Part shown: positions 1-13,380 of the stretch, piece after piece
Numbering within the stretch: the stretch's first letter is position 1
Layout: each line of letters begins with the position of its first letter
Assembly: GCA_012295275.1 (NCBI GenBank)
Contig: CM022676.1
Span: 5,766,001 to 5,830,000 of the forward strand
DNA from: Chrysomallon squamiferum
Lineage: Eukaryota; Animalia; Mollusca
DNA: 64,000 nt
Direction of reading: 5' to 3'
Notes under the pieces: model-generated
Databases searched by the model: none
The model's input: the letters and a program-made list of their open reading frames with translations, nothing else
What the model was told of the DNA's origin: nothing
Made by a program: the position numbers and the translations under genes

Positions 1-273
1 CGTTCGCCGAAGTCTGGCTTGAGACCCGTCGCTGATTATTGACCGTGAAATGGCTATAACTTGATCCGTGACAGGTCGCAGACGTCCAAAGTCCTTGACC
101 AGTTTGTCTGACAAATGATGACTAAATACTTTACAAGATTTGTTTGTTCGTAGATTTTCGTCCCTCTTTTTTTTTTTCTTTTTTCAAAGTTTTTTTCTTT
201 CTTCGTTTGGCGCCAAATAATAATTTGCCTGTCTCACGTCACTTTTAAATATCCGCCAGCCGCTTCTAACGTC

Positions 274-332
<59 letters not shown>

Positions 333-648
333 TAATAATAATAACATGGACCGTACAAGACATGGTCATAAATTGTTCTGACAATTTTTTTTATTTTTTT
401 TATTATTATTATTTTTTTGTTATTAGGGTTTCAGTTTAGAAATTCTTTTATGTTTTCATTTAGGCGATGCATCATTTTGGATGCTTTCAATTATTATTAT
501 TTGTCACCTGGTGTGCCATGATGATAAAGATGATTATAAATTAATCATCAAAATTATTTTGTTTGTGTGTTCATGCCTGTATGCATGTGTGAGTTATCAC
601 GATAAAGTGTGCATGTGTGTGTATGTGTGTATATGTTCGTGTGTGTGC

Positions 649-664
<16 letters not shown>

Positions 665-722
<58 letters not shown>

Positions 723-785
723 AAACAAAAAGGAAAAGCCACCATGTTTAAAAGGTTCACACTTCAAAATGATTTAGCTGTAGTT
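665..785 (+). repeat. (GA)n plus ~65-bp unique tail, copy 1
   Basis: AAACAAAAAGGAAAAGCCACCATGTTTAAAAGGTTCACACTTCAAAATGATTTAGCTGTAG, nearly identical to 7038-7099. Confidence 0.85.
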
Positions 786-1051
786 TAAATTTACAGCATG
801 AAAAAAAAAAAATATATAAAATGCTAGTGCACATGAATTAGTTATAATTAATATACAAAATCAGAAGCATCCATGTGGTGATATATTTTGCGAGGGCGGA
901 AGGAAACCTTTTCAGAAAGCCAGAGGGAAATATAAAAATGATTAATCGACTCCCACACCAACTCATAGTCTATTTAGCTAAAATTAAAATGTTGCGGTTT
1001 AACCACATTTTGTAAATTGTTTTATTTTATTTTATTTTATTTTATTTTATT

Positions 1052-1086
<35 letters not shown>

Positions 1087-1639
1087 TGTAATTATTTATT
1101 TTTTATTGTAACAGTTGCACTTTTACCGTCTTGTTTCTTTTCAGATGCTTCTTTCTATGCGTCTGTTTGTCTGTTTGTCTGGTCTCCCTAGCTGTCCATC
1201 TGTTCATCCATCTTTCTTTTTTTTTTTTTTTTAATCCTTATTACTTCTTCTATCTTTTGTATTGCCATTATTATTAATATCATTTTTAAATAGATTAATT
1301 AGGAGATTATATGTTGTAAAAGTATTTTAATATCACTATTAAATCCAATGTTCATTTTTAATTATTTTTTACTCTTTTCTTCTTCTTTTTTTTTTCTTCT
1401 GCCTGTTAAGGCGCAGCTGTCCAACTAAATAAACAAAACAATTATTACAAAGACCAAAAAAATAACAACACAGATTATTTTGTTGCATTTCGATTAAAAA
1501 GATATCTTCCGATTATTGCGATACTCTTGGGACATTCGTACATTCGGTGATTAAACGAAAAAAAAAAAAAAAAAGAACAACTATTCGTTTACGATGACCA
1601 CGGGTCAGAATCTGTTAATAATATAAAACTGGTCAAGAG

Positions 1640-1930
1640 GGTATTGTCAACAAAACGCGGGCCGCGTCCCGGTAAATTTCGGTGACCTTCGGAAAACGTC
1701 GGCGAACTTCGTCGAAATAAAAAGCGATCTCTTGTGACCTTGGTCACGGTTCCAGTGTCGATCGAAAAGACTATGAATATAAGCGGCCATTTTTATATTA
1801 AGTGTCCGTGACTTCTGGCGCGTACTTCCCGCACGCGCCACCCTCTCACGTGCGCTGCTTCTCGCGAAAGCACACAAAGAATACAATACACGGACAGCAA
1901 TCTCAGACGGGCTGTTCACAGTGACAAGCA
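1640..1930. promoter_or_regulatory. CpG-rich promoter-like island
   Basis: Dense CpG. Contains a YY1-type GCGGCCATTTT (1783-1793), E2F-like TTCCCGC (1826-1832), E-box CACGTG (1847-1852), TCTCGCGA (1860-1867) and nuclear-receptor half-sites TGACCTTGGTCA (~1735-1746). Direction cannot be determined. Confidence 0.6.
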
Positions 1931-4057
1931 AATATAATGAAGTTCGGTCGCTTGTTCGTAATTAATAACTGGAATTAGACTTTTATTTGCTTAGCTATGA
2001 ACTGGATAGTTGAATGCGTCGAATAAATTATGATTATTATTTAAATTTGCTTAAAAGTTTGTTCATATTAATGTAAAAAAAAAAAAAAAAAAAAAACGAT
2101 TAACGTCTGTGTATAAAATGCATAATTTAAAATTTCTTTTTTACACATACACACAGAAATGTATTTTACACATAACCTGATATGGTTAAACACAAATCAC
2201 CACAACATAATACTACTACTATTACTACTACTGTAACAACAATGATAATAGTAATGGTAATGGTAATAGCAAACCAAGAATGAAATTAAGAATAATAAAT
2301 AACTAACAAAAACACACACACACACACACACACACATTAACCATTATAGATAACAATGTTAATTTCATAAAGTTTGTCTAAAGCTGATTGATGAAAAATA
2401 AAATGAAAAAAAACCCACAAAACAACAACCACAAAACCCCTCCAAAAACACACAAAAAACACGAAAAATGTATAACAACAATAACAACAACAACAACAAC
2501 AATAACAATAATAAAATATTTAGATACTATTTCAAATATTATCTAACAACCAAAACTGTCAAAAAACTAGGATTTACTGCCCATCGATTAAAATCGCAAA
2601 AGTACAATAAACAAATTGCAAAGGTCGTAGCAACAAAGAAACATACGACGAAGCAATACGAACGAAACAAAACAAACACACGATTTTATATTTCGATGAA
2701 CCTGCTTTTAAACCTATCAAGCAATAATTTGCACTGCAACGCGAACCCATTACGTAGATAGATCACGGATGAACAAATCTGTAAGATTCGCGAATTACGA
2801 CTTTTACGATAATCGTAAATTACTGCACCCGTATAATCTGCTTTATTGGCTGCGTTCGGAAATGATGGACAGAACGCCGAGGCAGGAATACAGAACGAAT
2901 GAAGGAGAGATCGAATGGACAGAATAACTCATCATTATTGTCTCCGGGACGCGGCCTGAAATTTATGAAAGACAATAATTGAATGAGCGTCCGTTGAAAC
3001 GACCGGCTTGAAACCGATAAAAATAAATTATCAGAATTGTTATGTCGTCTGCGTTCTCCGTGGTGGTGGTCGTGTGTGGGTGTGGATGAATGGTTCTTTT
3101 TGGGAAGCCCCGGGTTTTTCAAATTATTATTTATTTTTTATTTTTTTTCTATTGTAGTAGAAGTGCGTGTATTTTAAAGCAGATGCAATGTTCATGAACT
3201 TGAAATTGAACCGTAGCCATTTTTTTTTTTTTTTTTTAAATTTTTGAGGTCATCCAGTGTGATATTATTTATTAATTGTTTTTGTTTTTAACTGTTATAT
3301 TACATTTCATTTCATTTATTTTTATTTTATTTTGTTTTTTATTTTATTTTATTTTTTTTTATTTTATTTTATTTCATTTTATTTTATTAATTCAGTCATT
3401 CATTTATTTAATTATTTATTTATTCTATATTTTTTCAATTATAAAGAAATTCGTTTCATCTTGAAAGTTTATACGCACTTCAGTAACACCCCCTCATTTT
3501 CTCTAATCCACTAACCCTTAGAGATTATCTCCATGAAAGACTAGCTTTAACCATGTTTGTTTAAGTCACGGACAACATTAGAGTAAAACAACCTATGTTC
3601 TTTTAAATGCACGGTACACTATGTAAATACTTCGTTTGTACAACTGCCCTTCAAAAGATACAGACTCCTGTATCACACGGTCTCTTGGTAGATAATTGAA
3701 AACAGGAGTTCGGATTAAACCAAGGGCGTCAACATCTCCACGGGGTAAGAGACACCCGACGCTGCTCTAAGTCAGGTCTGTGTACATACGTCCGTGAAGC
3801 TCATTAGATATATTTCATAGGGCGTTGGTCATGTGTGATATGTGCCCCCAAGGGGTAAGATAAGAAGCCACATAACAGCCCGGGCAGTTTTGGTCAGCTA
3901 ATTTCGTGTGATGGCTTCGTTGTTGTAAAAAGACAGGCCGAAAAAAACCACTTGATATCGAGCCTTCTGTTTGTCTGCTCTCAGGAGATTCGAAAAACAG
4001 AATTGATTAAAAACGAGATGGAATTGAAAGAAATAATAAATTGTTTAATGTTTGTAA

Positions 4058-4133
<76 letters not shown>

Positions 4134-4443
4134 GTTTGTATGATTTAAACGATTTATTGAAAAATATTTAGAGACGTTATAAAGATAAACTTTAATCATT
4201 TCAGAAACATTTAACGAATCCGATCTTACCCGATCAAAATTCGACGACGTAAACTGACGAATATATTCGAGAACAATGTAGAAAAATACGTCTTCTATGT
4301 TAATAAAATTTCATAACAGATTGAAATCCATTATTATTATTTTTTTTTTTTTTTTTTTTTTTTTTCGTTTTGTTCTCCGCATTACCCATAACACAATTTT
4401 ATATCAAGCCTTGCACCAGTTTTATGATTATGAGATGGTGGCA

Positions 4444-4579
4444 ATTGGCGCGAAAAGGTGCAAACACGAGGACGCAATTTACAAGTCGTATGACGTTTGT
4501 CGCGTCTGGTGCAAAGCCACGTCTGCAAACAGACAGCAAGTTTTTTAGGAGCCCGCGCGCGGCACATTTTCGCGCCAAT
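4444..4579. promoter_or_regulatory. Inverted pair of E2F-type sites (18-bp inverted repeat)
   Basis: ATTGGCGCGAAAAGGTGC (4444-4461) and GCACATTTTCGCGCCAAT (4562-4579) are 17/18 reverse-complementary. Each contains TTTTCGCGCCAA, which matches the E2F consensus TTTSSCGC. Confidence 0.5.
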
Positions 4580-5377
4580 ACGAAAAGTAGATTGTAAACG
4601 ATTTTGCTTTGCCGTGGTGTTGTGTTTCACTTTGACGATTTGCAAAGACAAACTGATGACTATAAGTACAATGGAACGAAGGATCGAATGCATCACGCAA
4701 TTTCAACGATGACGGGAAATTTGCTGATAAGCGAGCAGATGGGATGAATAATGCGAGAGATAGAATGAATTGTGTTTCATGTGTTAATTTGTGTGTTTGG
4801 GGTATTAAAACAATGTGGCATCTAGATGTCAAGTATGTTGATGTAAATTGCTGTTGACGCAGAACCGATAATGTGTTCGATTGATTTTGGAGAAAAGAGT
4901 TGCATAATAATAATAATAATAATAATAATATCTTTGCAAGTAAGATTTTAAACTGCAATTTAGTATTTAAAGCAAATGTAAGATAACAATTAAAAATAAT
5001 AAATAAATAAAACAAAGAAATGAAAAGATAAAAATAAAAGTGAGTAAATAAGTAAATACGCAAGTAATTAATTAAGTAAATAAAATAAACAAACAAACAA
5101 ACAAATAAATAAATAAATAAATAAACAAACAAATAGATGAAACATTAGAAAATAAATATGGAATACTGCATTTTATTTTATACTTCAACGTAAAGAAACT
5201 CCAGTAGCATCCGATCTCGTCAGGAAAGATCTCCATTCTGATCCAAACTCCAGCTTTAGCACGCCATTGTGTCTATTTTCGTCTAACATTACTGTTATTG
5301 TCTGCTTATTGTTAGTAATGATTTTATATGCAAACTATAAATAGAACAGGACAGCAACACAGTTCCTCGAAAGACGT

Positions 5378-5712
5378 AAATTATATTACTTTCTACTGGA
5401 TAATTACCATTAAACGTCAAGTCAAATAACCAATCAGAAATGTATGAAAATAAAATAAAACGATAACAATTCAGTTATACGAAAGCTATAAATTTTATTA
5501 CCTCTTTATTGGTTAATAGTCAATATATGACATACCAAACAATCAATCAAAAAGATTGATTTGGTAAATAAACTATATAAAAAAAAAGAAGAAAAAGAAA
5601 AGAAAAGAAAGGAAAACACAACGAAGTCGTTGTATTAGAAATATACAAATTATATTACTTCCTATTGGGTAATAATTCAATATATGTCACATCAAACAAC
5701 CAATCAGAAACC
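5378..5712. repeat. Three degenerate ~63-bp copies carrying CCAAT/ATTGG (NF-Y-type) boxes
   Basis: Copies start at ~5378, 5490 and 5647 (AAATTATATTAC...). AACCAATCAGAAA at 5428 and 5698; ATTGG at 5508 and 5664. Confidence 0.6.
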
Positions 5713-6734
5713 GTCATACACAGACGCGATCGGTATCTTTTATGCCGACACAAGAAGAGAACCAAAAGTGAATAAAAAGACCGAGAATAATCGAAATTCC
5801 TAAATCCTCGAGAAAGAAACAAGCGACTTGGCGCTTTCTGAAAATTACTTTTTGCTTAACAAAGCCCGTACCATTTTCATAAACACCAAATGCCGTTACG
5901 ACCACGCCCACCCGTCCCTGCCTGGTTAATGACAGTCGATAATCAACACTTGATGGTCAAATTTTGTAAAGAAATCAATAACCTGCCATCTTTAAACGAA
6001 CATCTTGGGATTGTGAAGTTACAAACATGTGGCGGATTTTTTTTTTTTTCTTTCTTTCTTTTTCTTCGTCTTCTTCTTCTAATTTTTTTTTTTTTTTTTT
6101 TTTTTTTTTATTGGTGCGCGTGAATTTTTATGTACACGAATTAAAGTATATCTGTATTTTATTTTATTTGTTTATTTGTTTGTTTGTTTGTTTGTTTGTT
6201 TATTATTTATTTTGATTTAATATTAACATTTATTCCTCATTATTTATTTATTTGTTTGTCTGTTGCTACTTATTACAAAAAATATTTTTATTTTTTTATG
6301 TTGCGCGCATTTTTCTTGTATTAAAGTAATACGTTAAAATATTCAAAATAAATAAATAAATAAATAAATAAATAAAAACCTCATAATTAACAAAGTATAT
6401 CTGTGGTTTTTTCTTCTTTTTGTGCGCTTTATTTGTATATTAAAGTAACCATCGTTATATTTAAAACAAATAAGAAAATAAATAAATAAATAAATAAATA
6501 ATAAAATAAAAACTCGATAAACAAATCAATATAAGTATTGCTTATTTACATTCAACATCTCTTAGCATATATTTCTGTACTGTTTAAAAAATTTAATCGA
6601 TCTTCTTTATTTCCATCTTTATTACTTACTTAACAGTAATAATAATATTTAAAATGTTCATGGTAGGAAGAACGCAATGAAATAAATAATGATTTTCTTT
6701 CTTTCCTTTTTTTTTTTTTTTTTATTATTATTAT

Positions 6735-6765
<31 letters not shown>

Positions 6766-6976
6766 GAAATACTCCACTCATCGCTAGCTATTTTAATAAA
6801 GTTTCCGCTAATATTAGTTTTCTTTCTTCTTTTTTTTTTCACACTTCTTTGAATTTGCGACTTAACAACAGATGGTAGAAGTTTTTCTGGGCTTCTCCTT
6901 TTCAGTTCTTTTTCACTTCGTCGTCTTTCCGGTGAAAAGGAATGAATGCATATAGAACGCTTGAGTGCTGGATGTT

Positions 6977-6980
<4 letters not shown>

Positions 6981-7041
<61 letters not shown>

Positions 7042-7099
7042 CAAAAAGGAACAGCCACCATGTTTAAAAGGTTCACACTTCAAAATGATTTAGTTGTAG
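6981..7099 (+). repeat. (GA)n plus ~65-bp unique tail, copy 2
   Basis: Direct repeat of 665-785 with about 2 substitutions in the unique part. Confidence 0.85.
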
Positions 7100-7184
7100 A
7101 GTACAACTCACTGAGAAAGATATAGAGAGAAAAAGCGAGAAATAAAGAAAAACATAAATAAATAACCAGAACAAATTTAACCAC

Positions 7185-7261
<77 letters not shown>

Positions 7262-7349
7262 AACTCACTGAGAAAGAGATATAGAGAGAAAAAAAGAAAT
7301 AAAGAAAAAATATAAATAAATAGAACGAAAAAAATCCGCTGAGTTAGTA

Positions 7350-7420
<71 letters not shown>

Positions 7421-7482
7421 AAGATGAAACTGAGAATTATAGAAAGGAGAACAGAGAAACTGAGAATTATAGAAATACAGAG

Positions 7483-7513
<31 letters not shown>

Positions 7514-7889
7514 TTCTATTCTTGTCTCCGACATATGTATCTTTTGTTCAGTTTTAATATCTTTATAATTTTCTGTTTCACTTAACTCCTACAAAGCTTT
7601 CTGTAACTTAATTATTTGGAACATCTGGATGTAAGCCTGTTTTTGATTGGTTAATCTTTTATTACACGCTATGGAGTGGTGTCATTTACCAAGCCAGTTG
7701 TATTACATAGGCTTTAACAAAAAAACGAAGCAATTATGTTCCGTTGAACATAATATTCAAGAGATAATATTTGTAATAATATGGAGTATCGTTGTCAAAC
7801 ACTTTGACGTTCCAAATGAAGCTGCTGTTCAACTGTTGTTTATGGTCTTGAGATAAAACAAAAACAAATTGTAAATAAATGAGAGGGAA

Positions 7890-7987
<98 letters not shown>

Positions 7988-8125
7988 TTGAATTGTAAAG
8001 GACTTTTAAAAAACACCAAAAATAAAAATACAAAAAAGAATAAATAAAATAAAATAAAATAAAATAAAATAAAATAAATAATAAATAAACAAAAACGGAT
8101 ACACATACAGAAACACATTTTAATG

Positions 8126-8166
<41 letters not shown>

Positions 8167-8539
8167 TCTATCTTTTCTTTTTTTTTTTTTTTTTTTTTTA
8201 GTTCTCTACCGCCTTGTAATCCATGTTGTCTTTAAAATTGATGAAATCTTCTTCATAAGAAACTTTTTTTTTCTTTTCGTGTGAGGCGTGGCTTTTGAGT
8301 TATACAATATTAATGACGCCATTTGGGAATAAAACCTACATTTCGCTCCACATTTATCAATCGTGACTGAATAAAACGTAAAAGAACTGGTTATAGTAAA
8401 AATAAATCTCAACACTGAAGTATAATTTTTCATTGATACTCTGGTTATGTTTTTTTTTTTTTTTTTTTGGCACACTGTCAACTGACCCGATCCCCATGAA
8501 AGTATTACAAAAAAGATCAGCGAGACACAACAAACTTTT

Positions 8540-8720
8540 TTAACCCGACAGCACGTGCTCTGCACGCGCCATGATTGCGCTATCCAATATTAATTCCCGC
8601 GCTGAGCGACTGGATGTTAGGGAAAGCAATTGATTTTTATCATCGTCCCAAATGACCCAGATTAATCATTGTTCATGTTTATGTCTTGAAAATTGGACAA
8701 AGTCGAGCAACCATTCATTT
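8540..8720 (+). promoter_or_regulatory. Probable promoter of a + strand gene
   Basis: CpG-rich. GCACGTGC (8551-8558), CACGCG (8563), CCAAT (8584), TTCCCGCGC (8594-8602) and Inr-like TCATTT (~8715). Lies upstream of a good splice donor and of the drop in CpG. Confidence 0.5.
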
Positions 8721-9039
8721 ACCAGTGACATACTAGCGGTATTAAACAGTTAGGATTTTCATGTGTCTCAGAGATAGCGACGAGATACGGTTATTTTTTT
8801 TTGTGTTTTTTTCCGATTTACCTTGACCAGGTGAAGGAAATATTTGTTTGATTTGTATCTTCTAGATTGGTGTGTCTTTCCTGCAACCACCGCGGTACAT
8901 TTGAGTGGATAAAAAAAAAAAAAAAAAAAAATAGAGAATCGTAAAGTGAAGACGTCGTTGACGGTGGAAAAATTTCTGTGATCTTGTTTTAAGTGAAAAC
9001 TTGATGTGGAGAGACGGAAAGAGGTACTGATTTATAAAG
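8716..9039 (+). other. Probable non-coding first exon (5' UTR) of an unidentified gene
   Basis: Ends at AAG|GTAGGT (9039/9040) and has no convincing ORF. The start is approximate. Confidence 0.4.
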
Positions 9040-9561
9040 GTAGGTTAAAATTTTATCGTCGTTGTAGTGGTTGTAGTGGTTCTTTGATTATTTACGTTAT
9101 ATTTACGTTATCTCTGTTTGGAATATAACACAAACAACAACAAGCACATCATCAACAACAACAACAACAACAACAAACAGCAAAACAAAAACCCCATACA
9201 TTTTAATACTCATTACGTAAATTATGCCCATTAACATCATGCTGTTCATTATTGTTGTTGTTGTTGTTGCTGCTGCTGTCAGTAATTACTGTACAGACGA
9301 TAACAGCTGATGCTTCTATTATAACTTTATTTTATTCAGTGGTAACATCTGACAAAAACATGCTGGTTTTACGATAATTGTAAAACATAACATGCGTTTA
9401 TCTTTTATATATTACCTGCCAGTCTATAACAGACCCAGTTTATTTGATGGTGTGTGTGTGATATTAAAATTAATTTATTATTAATCGGAAATTTTTTATA
9501 TTTTTATTTTTTTTATTTTTTAGTTGTTACCATTTTATTTTGTAATTTGTTTTATTATAAT

Positions 9562-9616
<55 letters not shown>

Positions 9617-9619
9617 AGA

Positions 9620-10175
9620 CCAATTTGACAGCGGCCATTTTCTCACTAAACACACAGTGGTATTCTTCTCAAAGTATATTTAAAATAAACGTGATCAAAT
9701 TTAAGCATTTTTCTCAACATCTACAAATGACTAATCTATTTGAAGAGTGGCAGTCCTCTCAGTTTATTTAAAAATGGAGCTAATATATTTGATTGAGGTG
9801 GTACTCATAACATTTTTAAAAACAACATTAACCACTTTGATGCCAACAGTCCTTTCGTAGATTTAGCATAACCGTAACCTCTCAATTAGTAAAAAAAAAA
9901 AAAAAAAATGAACTGACAAATCTGATAGTGGCATTTCTCTCAAACATTTTGAAATACCACTAACAAAGGGCAAGTCCTCAGCAAACATTTAAAACAACAA
10001 AATATCAGTCCTTTCAAAACTTTATAACTTCAGTACTACCAAAACAGCAGAGTTCTCAAAACATTAAAAATAAAACACTAATGAAAGGCAGGCCTGTTGA
10101 AGAAACAAAAATTATCTAAAGTGGCAGTCCTCTCAAAGTTTAAAATGCCACTAACAAAGTGGCAGTCCTCTGCTT
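9620..10175 (+). repeat. Highly degenerate minisatellite with core AAAGTGGCAGTCCTCTCAAA
   Basis: Core is clearest at ~9746, 10118 and 10156, with decayed versions between them. Confidence 0.6.
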
Positions 10176-10419
10176 GTTCACTGCGTTATGATTGATTCGT
10201 CATGTTTTTTTTCTTGTCACTGACCACGTCTTGGTGACAAAAAAAAAATTAAAAAAAAAAATGGCCTGGGGATAAGAGTCTCCCAGTCAGAAACCCGATG
10301 AGGCGTGGTAGATCTATCAATTATAACATCAACCAAGCGTGTCATTTACTAGCAAGAGTAATTTGATACTGCACCCTGTTTAGTGTCTGGATATAATGAT
10401 ATGCATTGGTGACAGGTGT

Positions 10420-10453
<34 letters not shown>

Positions 10454-11719
10454 TGTTATTTTACTTTGATGAAATTTGTTTTTTAAGGAATGCTGTTGAA
10501 ATTGTTTCAGTGTGGTTATAAAGGGTTGGTGAATATTTTGAAAGGAATGTTGTAAAAGTTTGGTGAAATTTTTCGAAAACAGATTTAAAAGAAGTTTTGT
10601 TGACCTTTTGGAAAAATTATTATAAATTTGTTAAAGATGACACATACTGGTACATCAATAAAATTGTGCATCTCTCTCTCTCTCTCTCTGTCTCTCCTTC
10701 TCTTGCAAGCACATGCACATGCACGCATACACACAAACACAGACACACACACACACACACAAAATAATGTTTTATTGATAATTTCAGAAGTAATTTTATA
10801 AAACATCTTAATAAATTATAAATAAATAGGTTAAGTAATCCATTGAAGTGAAGTAAATAAAACAACAACAAAACATTCCACACCCAAAAAAAACCTCAAA
10901 GCAAAACAAAACAAAACAAATAAACCCCCGCAAAATGAACCCCACTAAAACCAGAAACACAAACAAACAAATAACAAAAATATATATATATATAAAAATA
11001 TGCAACTGCACTTAAGAAGCATTTAGTTTTGATTTTGAGGATAGTTCAAAATAAAAAAGTAATAACAGTGATTTTAAAAAATATATAAAAGATAAAAGAC
11101 AAAAAAAAAAAAATCAAAAAACAAATCTAACTTGCATCTTTAAATTTAAAACATTTTCTAGTTATGCTTCGGTAGTTCTATTTAGTTCATCTTTCTGTGT
11201 TTCATTTCCAGCCCAAAAGTTGATAAAAATGCTGAAACAGTCAATATGAAGATGAAGAAACAAGAAAAGTGGCCATTTCCTTTCAAATTTTGCATCTATT
11301 ACCATTTTTTTTTTTTTTTTTGGTCATTTTATGCATGAGAAAACATTTCATCTCTCTCTCTCACTTTCTCGAGGATTTTTTTTTTTTTTTTTCTTCTTTC
11401 TTTTTTTTTTTTTTTTTTTTTTTTCCTTCTCCATTCTTGAACACATCCATATTTCATTTCCTTACATTTTTCCCTTCATCCAGTGGATAATTCACTTTGC
11501 ATCTCCAGCCTGATGAAAAAGAAATCGTTGAATTTTTCCGCATCATTGGTTTGCAGTTCAGGTTTTTGAAGCGAAATCTTGAGTCATATTTTGGCATCAT
11601 TTGGCTATCTGTTGGTTTGAGACTGAAGAGTGCGCTACTTATCAAGTCAGTTCATTGAAGGAGCAAAAGAAAAAAAATATAAAAAGAAAAAAGAAAAAAA
11701 AGAAGATATATTTCTTTAT

Positions 11720-11995
11720 TAGATGTTTGCTTTTTAGTACTGTCAAAGAAGGTTAATGCTAAAATGCAAATTTATATTTTTCATACAGAAGGAAGTCGTC
11801 TGCATTTTAGTACTGTCAGAAAAGGGGGTTAAGGCTAAAATGTGAATTTCTTTGATGTGAAAAGACATAGTCTGCCGTTTAGTATTCGCACGATTTGGTT
11901 TGGTTGTAAAAAAAAACATATTTTTGATAGCAAAAAAAAAAAAAAAAAAAAAAAAGAGTAGTTTTGCATTTTTGTACTGTCAGAAAAAGTTCAAG
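11720..11995 (+). repeat. Degenerate tandem repeat with core TTTTAGTACTGTCAGA
   Basis: Copies at ~11732, 11805, 11877 and 11969. Confidence 0.55.
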
Positions 11996-12759
11996 TAAAA
12001 AAAAAAAAAAAATTATTTAAATTTATTTAAGAAATGAAATAAAAATATATAAAGATGCATATAATAAAAATAAACAACAAAAAGATGCTAATTTTGTAAT
12101 AACGTTTAAAAAAAAAAATAATAATAATAAAAATAAAAATAAGGATGTAAAAGATATTAACTAGTTAAATGAAGCAGAAGTTACGACTTTGTGCCCATAG
12201 TAAAAAATAATTTCAAATATATATTTTTTTTCTCCTATTTCTGCACATAAACCTTTGAAATAATTTTTCAGTTCTTAGTAGCGTAATTTTGTTTTCCACC
12301 TCAAATTACTGAAGCATTAACAAAAATTTATTTGCGTCAGGCATGATATGTATTTTGTCCTTTTTATCTCTTAATATGGAGATTGATGATAAGGGAAATA
12401 ACTTTGTACTTATTGAAAAATCTATATTGTGATCTAAAGATGGAAGTAATATTTTGATAAAGATCTAATACTCCTTTGAGCTAATCATTGATTTTTGTCC
12501 CAATCTAACTTCTCCATACAAAAGCTCTAATAGTGGTAGTAATTAATTTTAAATGAATATTTAATCACACACTACAGATAAATCCTATTTCAGCCACTCC
12601 TTATGACTGATATAGTTGATATGTAAGTAAGAAAATAAGCTATTCAAACGTGATTTCCCAATCCAACATATTTAGAAAAATGCAGATGTAATACACAGAA
12701 CACGAAAAAATCCACAACACATGAAAAATATATCATGTACATATATATACTATAACACA

Positions 12760-12767
12760 CACAACCA

Positions 12768-12813
<46 letters not shown>

Positions 12814-12972
12814 TTCTTTTTCCCACTTACTGTGTTTTTGTCTCTCTGTGTCTCTTTCTCTATTTCCTTCACTACCTATTTCTTGCCCTCTGTCTATCTT
12901 GCTTTCTCCATCTTTGTTTCTACCCATTTCTTTCTGACACAAACCCACACACAATGTATTTCAAGCTCTTTT

Positions 12973-13023
<51 letters not shown>

Positions 13024-13380
13024 TGAATATTAAGTTTTTCTTACATAGAAATACACGCATATAAACACACACACACACACAGACACACACAATGTATATC
13101 AAGTTTTTCTTACATAGAAATACACGCATATAAACACACACACACACAAACACACACACACAGACACACACAATGTATATCAAGTTTTTCTTACATAGAA
13201 ACACACACACACACACAGACACACAATGCATATCAAGATCTTCTCACCACTCGAAATCCACTCACAAACCCCACCACCATCATCATAATCATCATCATTA
13301 TCATCACTCTACCATCCTCATCAAACACACTATATAAAAAAAAACCTCACTCCACACACACACACCACAACACACACACA
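12760..13380 (+). repeat. (CA)n field with four embedded copies of CACACAATGTATATCAAGTTTTTCTTACATAGAAA
   Basis: Directly visible at ~12947, 13086, 13167 and 13220. Confidence 0.8.

Noticed and set aside
1-183. Stop-free minus-strand frame (...HHLSDKLVKDFGRLRPVTDQVIAISRS...) running off the window
   Set aside because: No ATG, only a weak acceptor, and no recognisable homology. More likely the edge of a CpG island, but the adjacent window is needed to be sure.
1647-1790. Minus-strand MAAYIHSLFDRHW... starting within the YY1 motif
   Set aside because: Stops after 47 codons with no convincing donor. The ATG is explained by the motif.
3480-3990. Complex, relatively GC-rich block that might be a TE fragment
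   Set aside because: No terminal repeats, Pol III boxes, ORF or second copy in the window to support a call.
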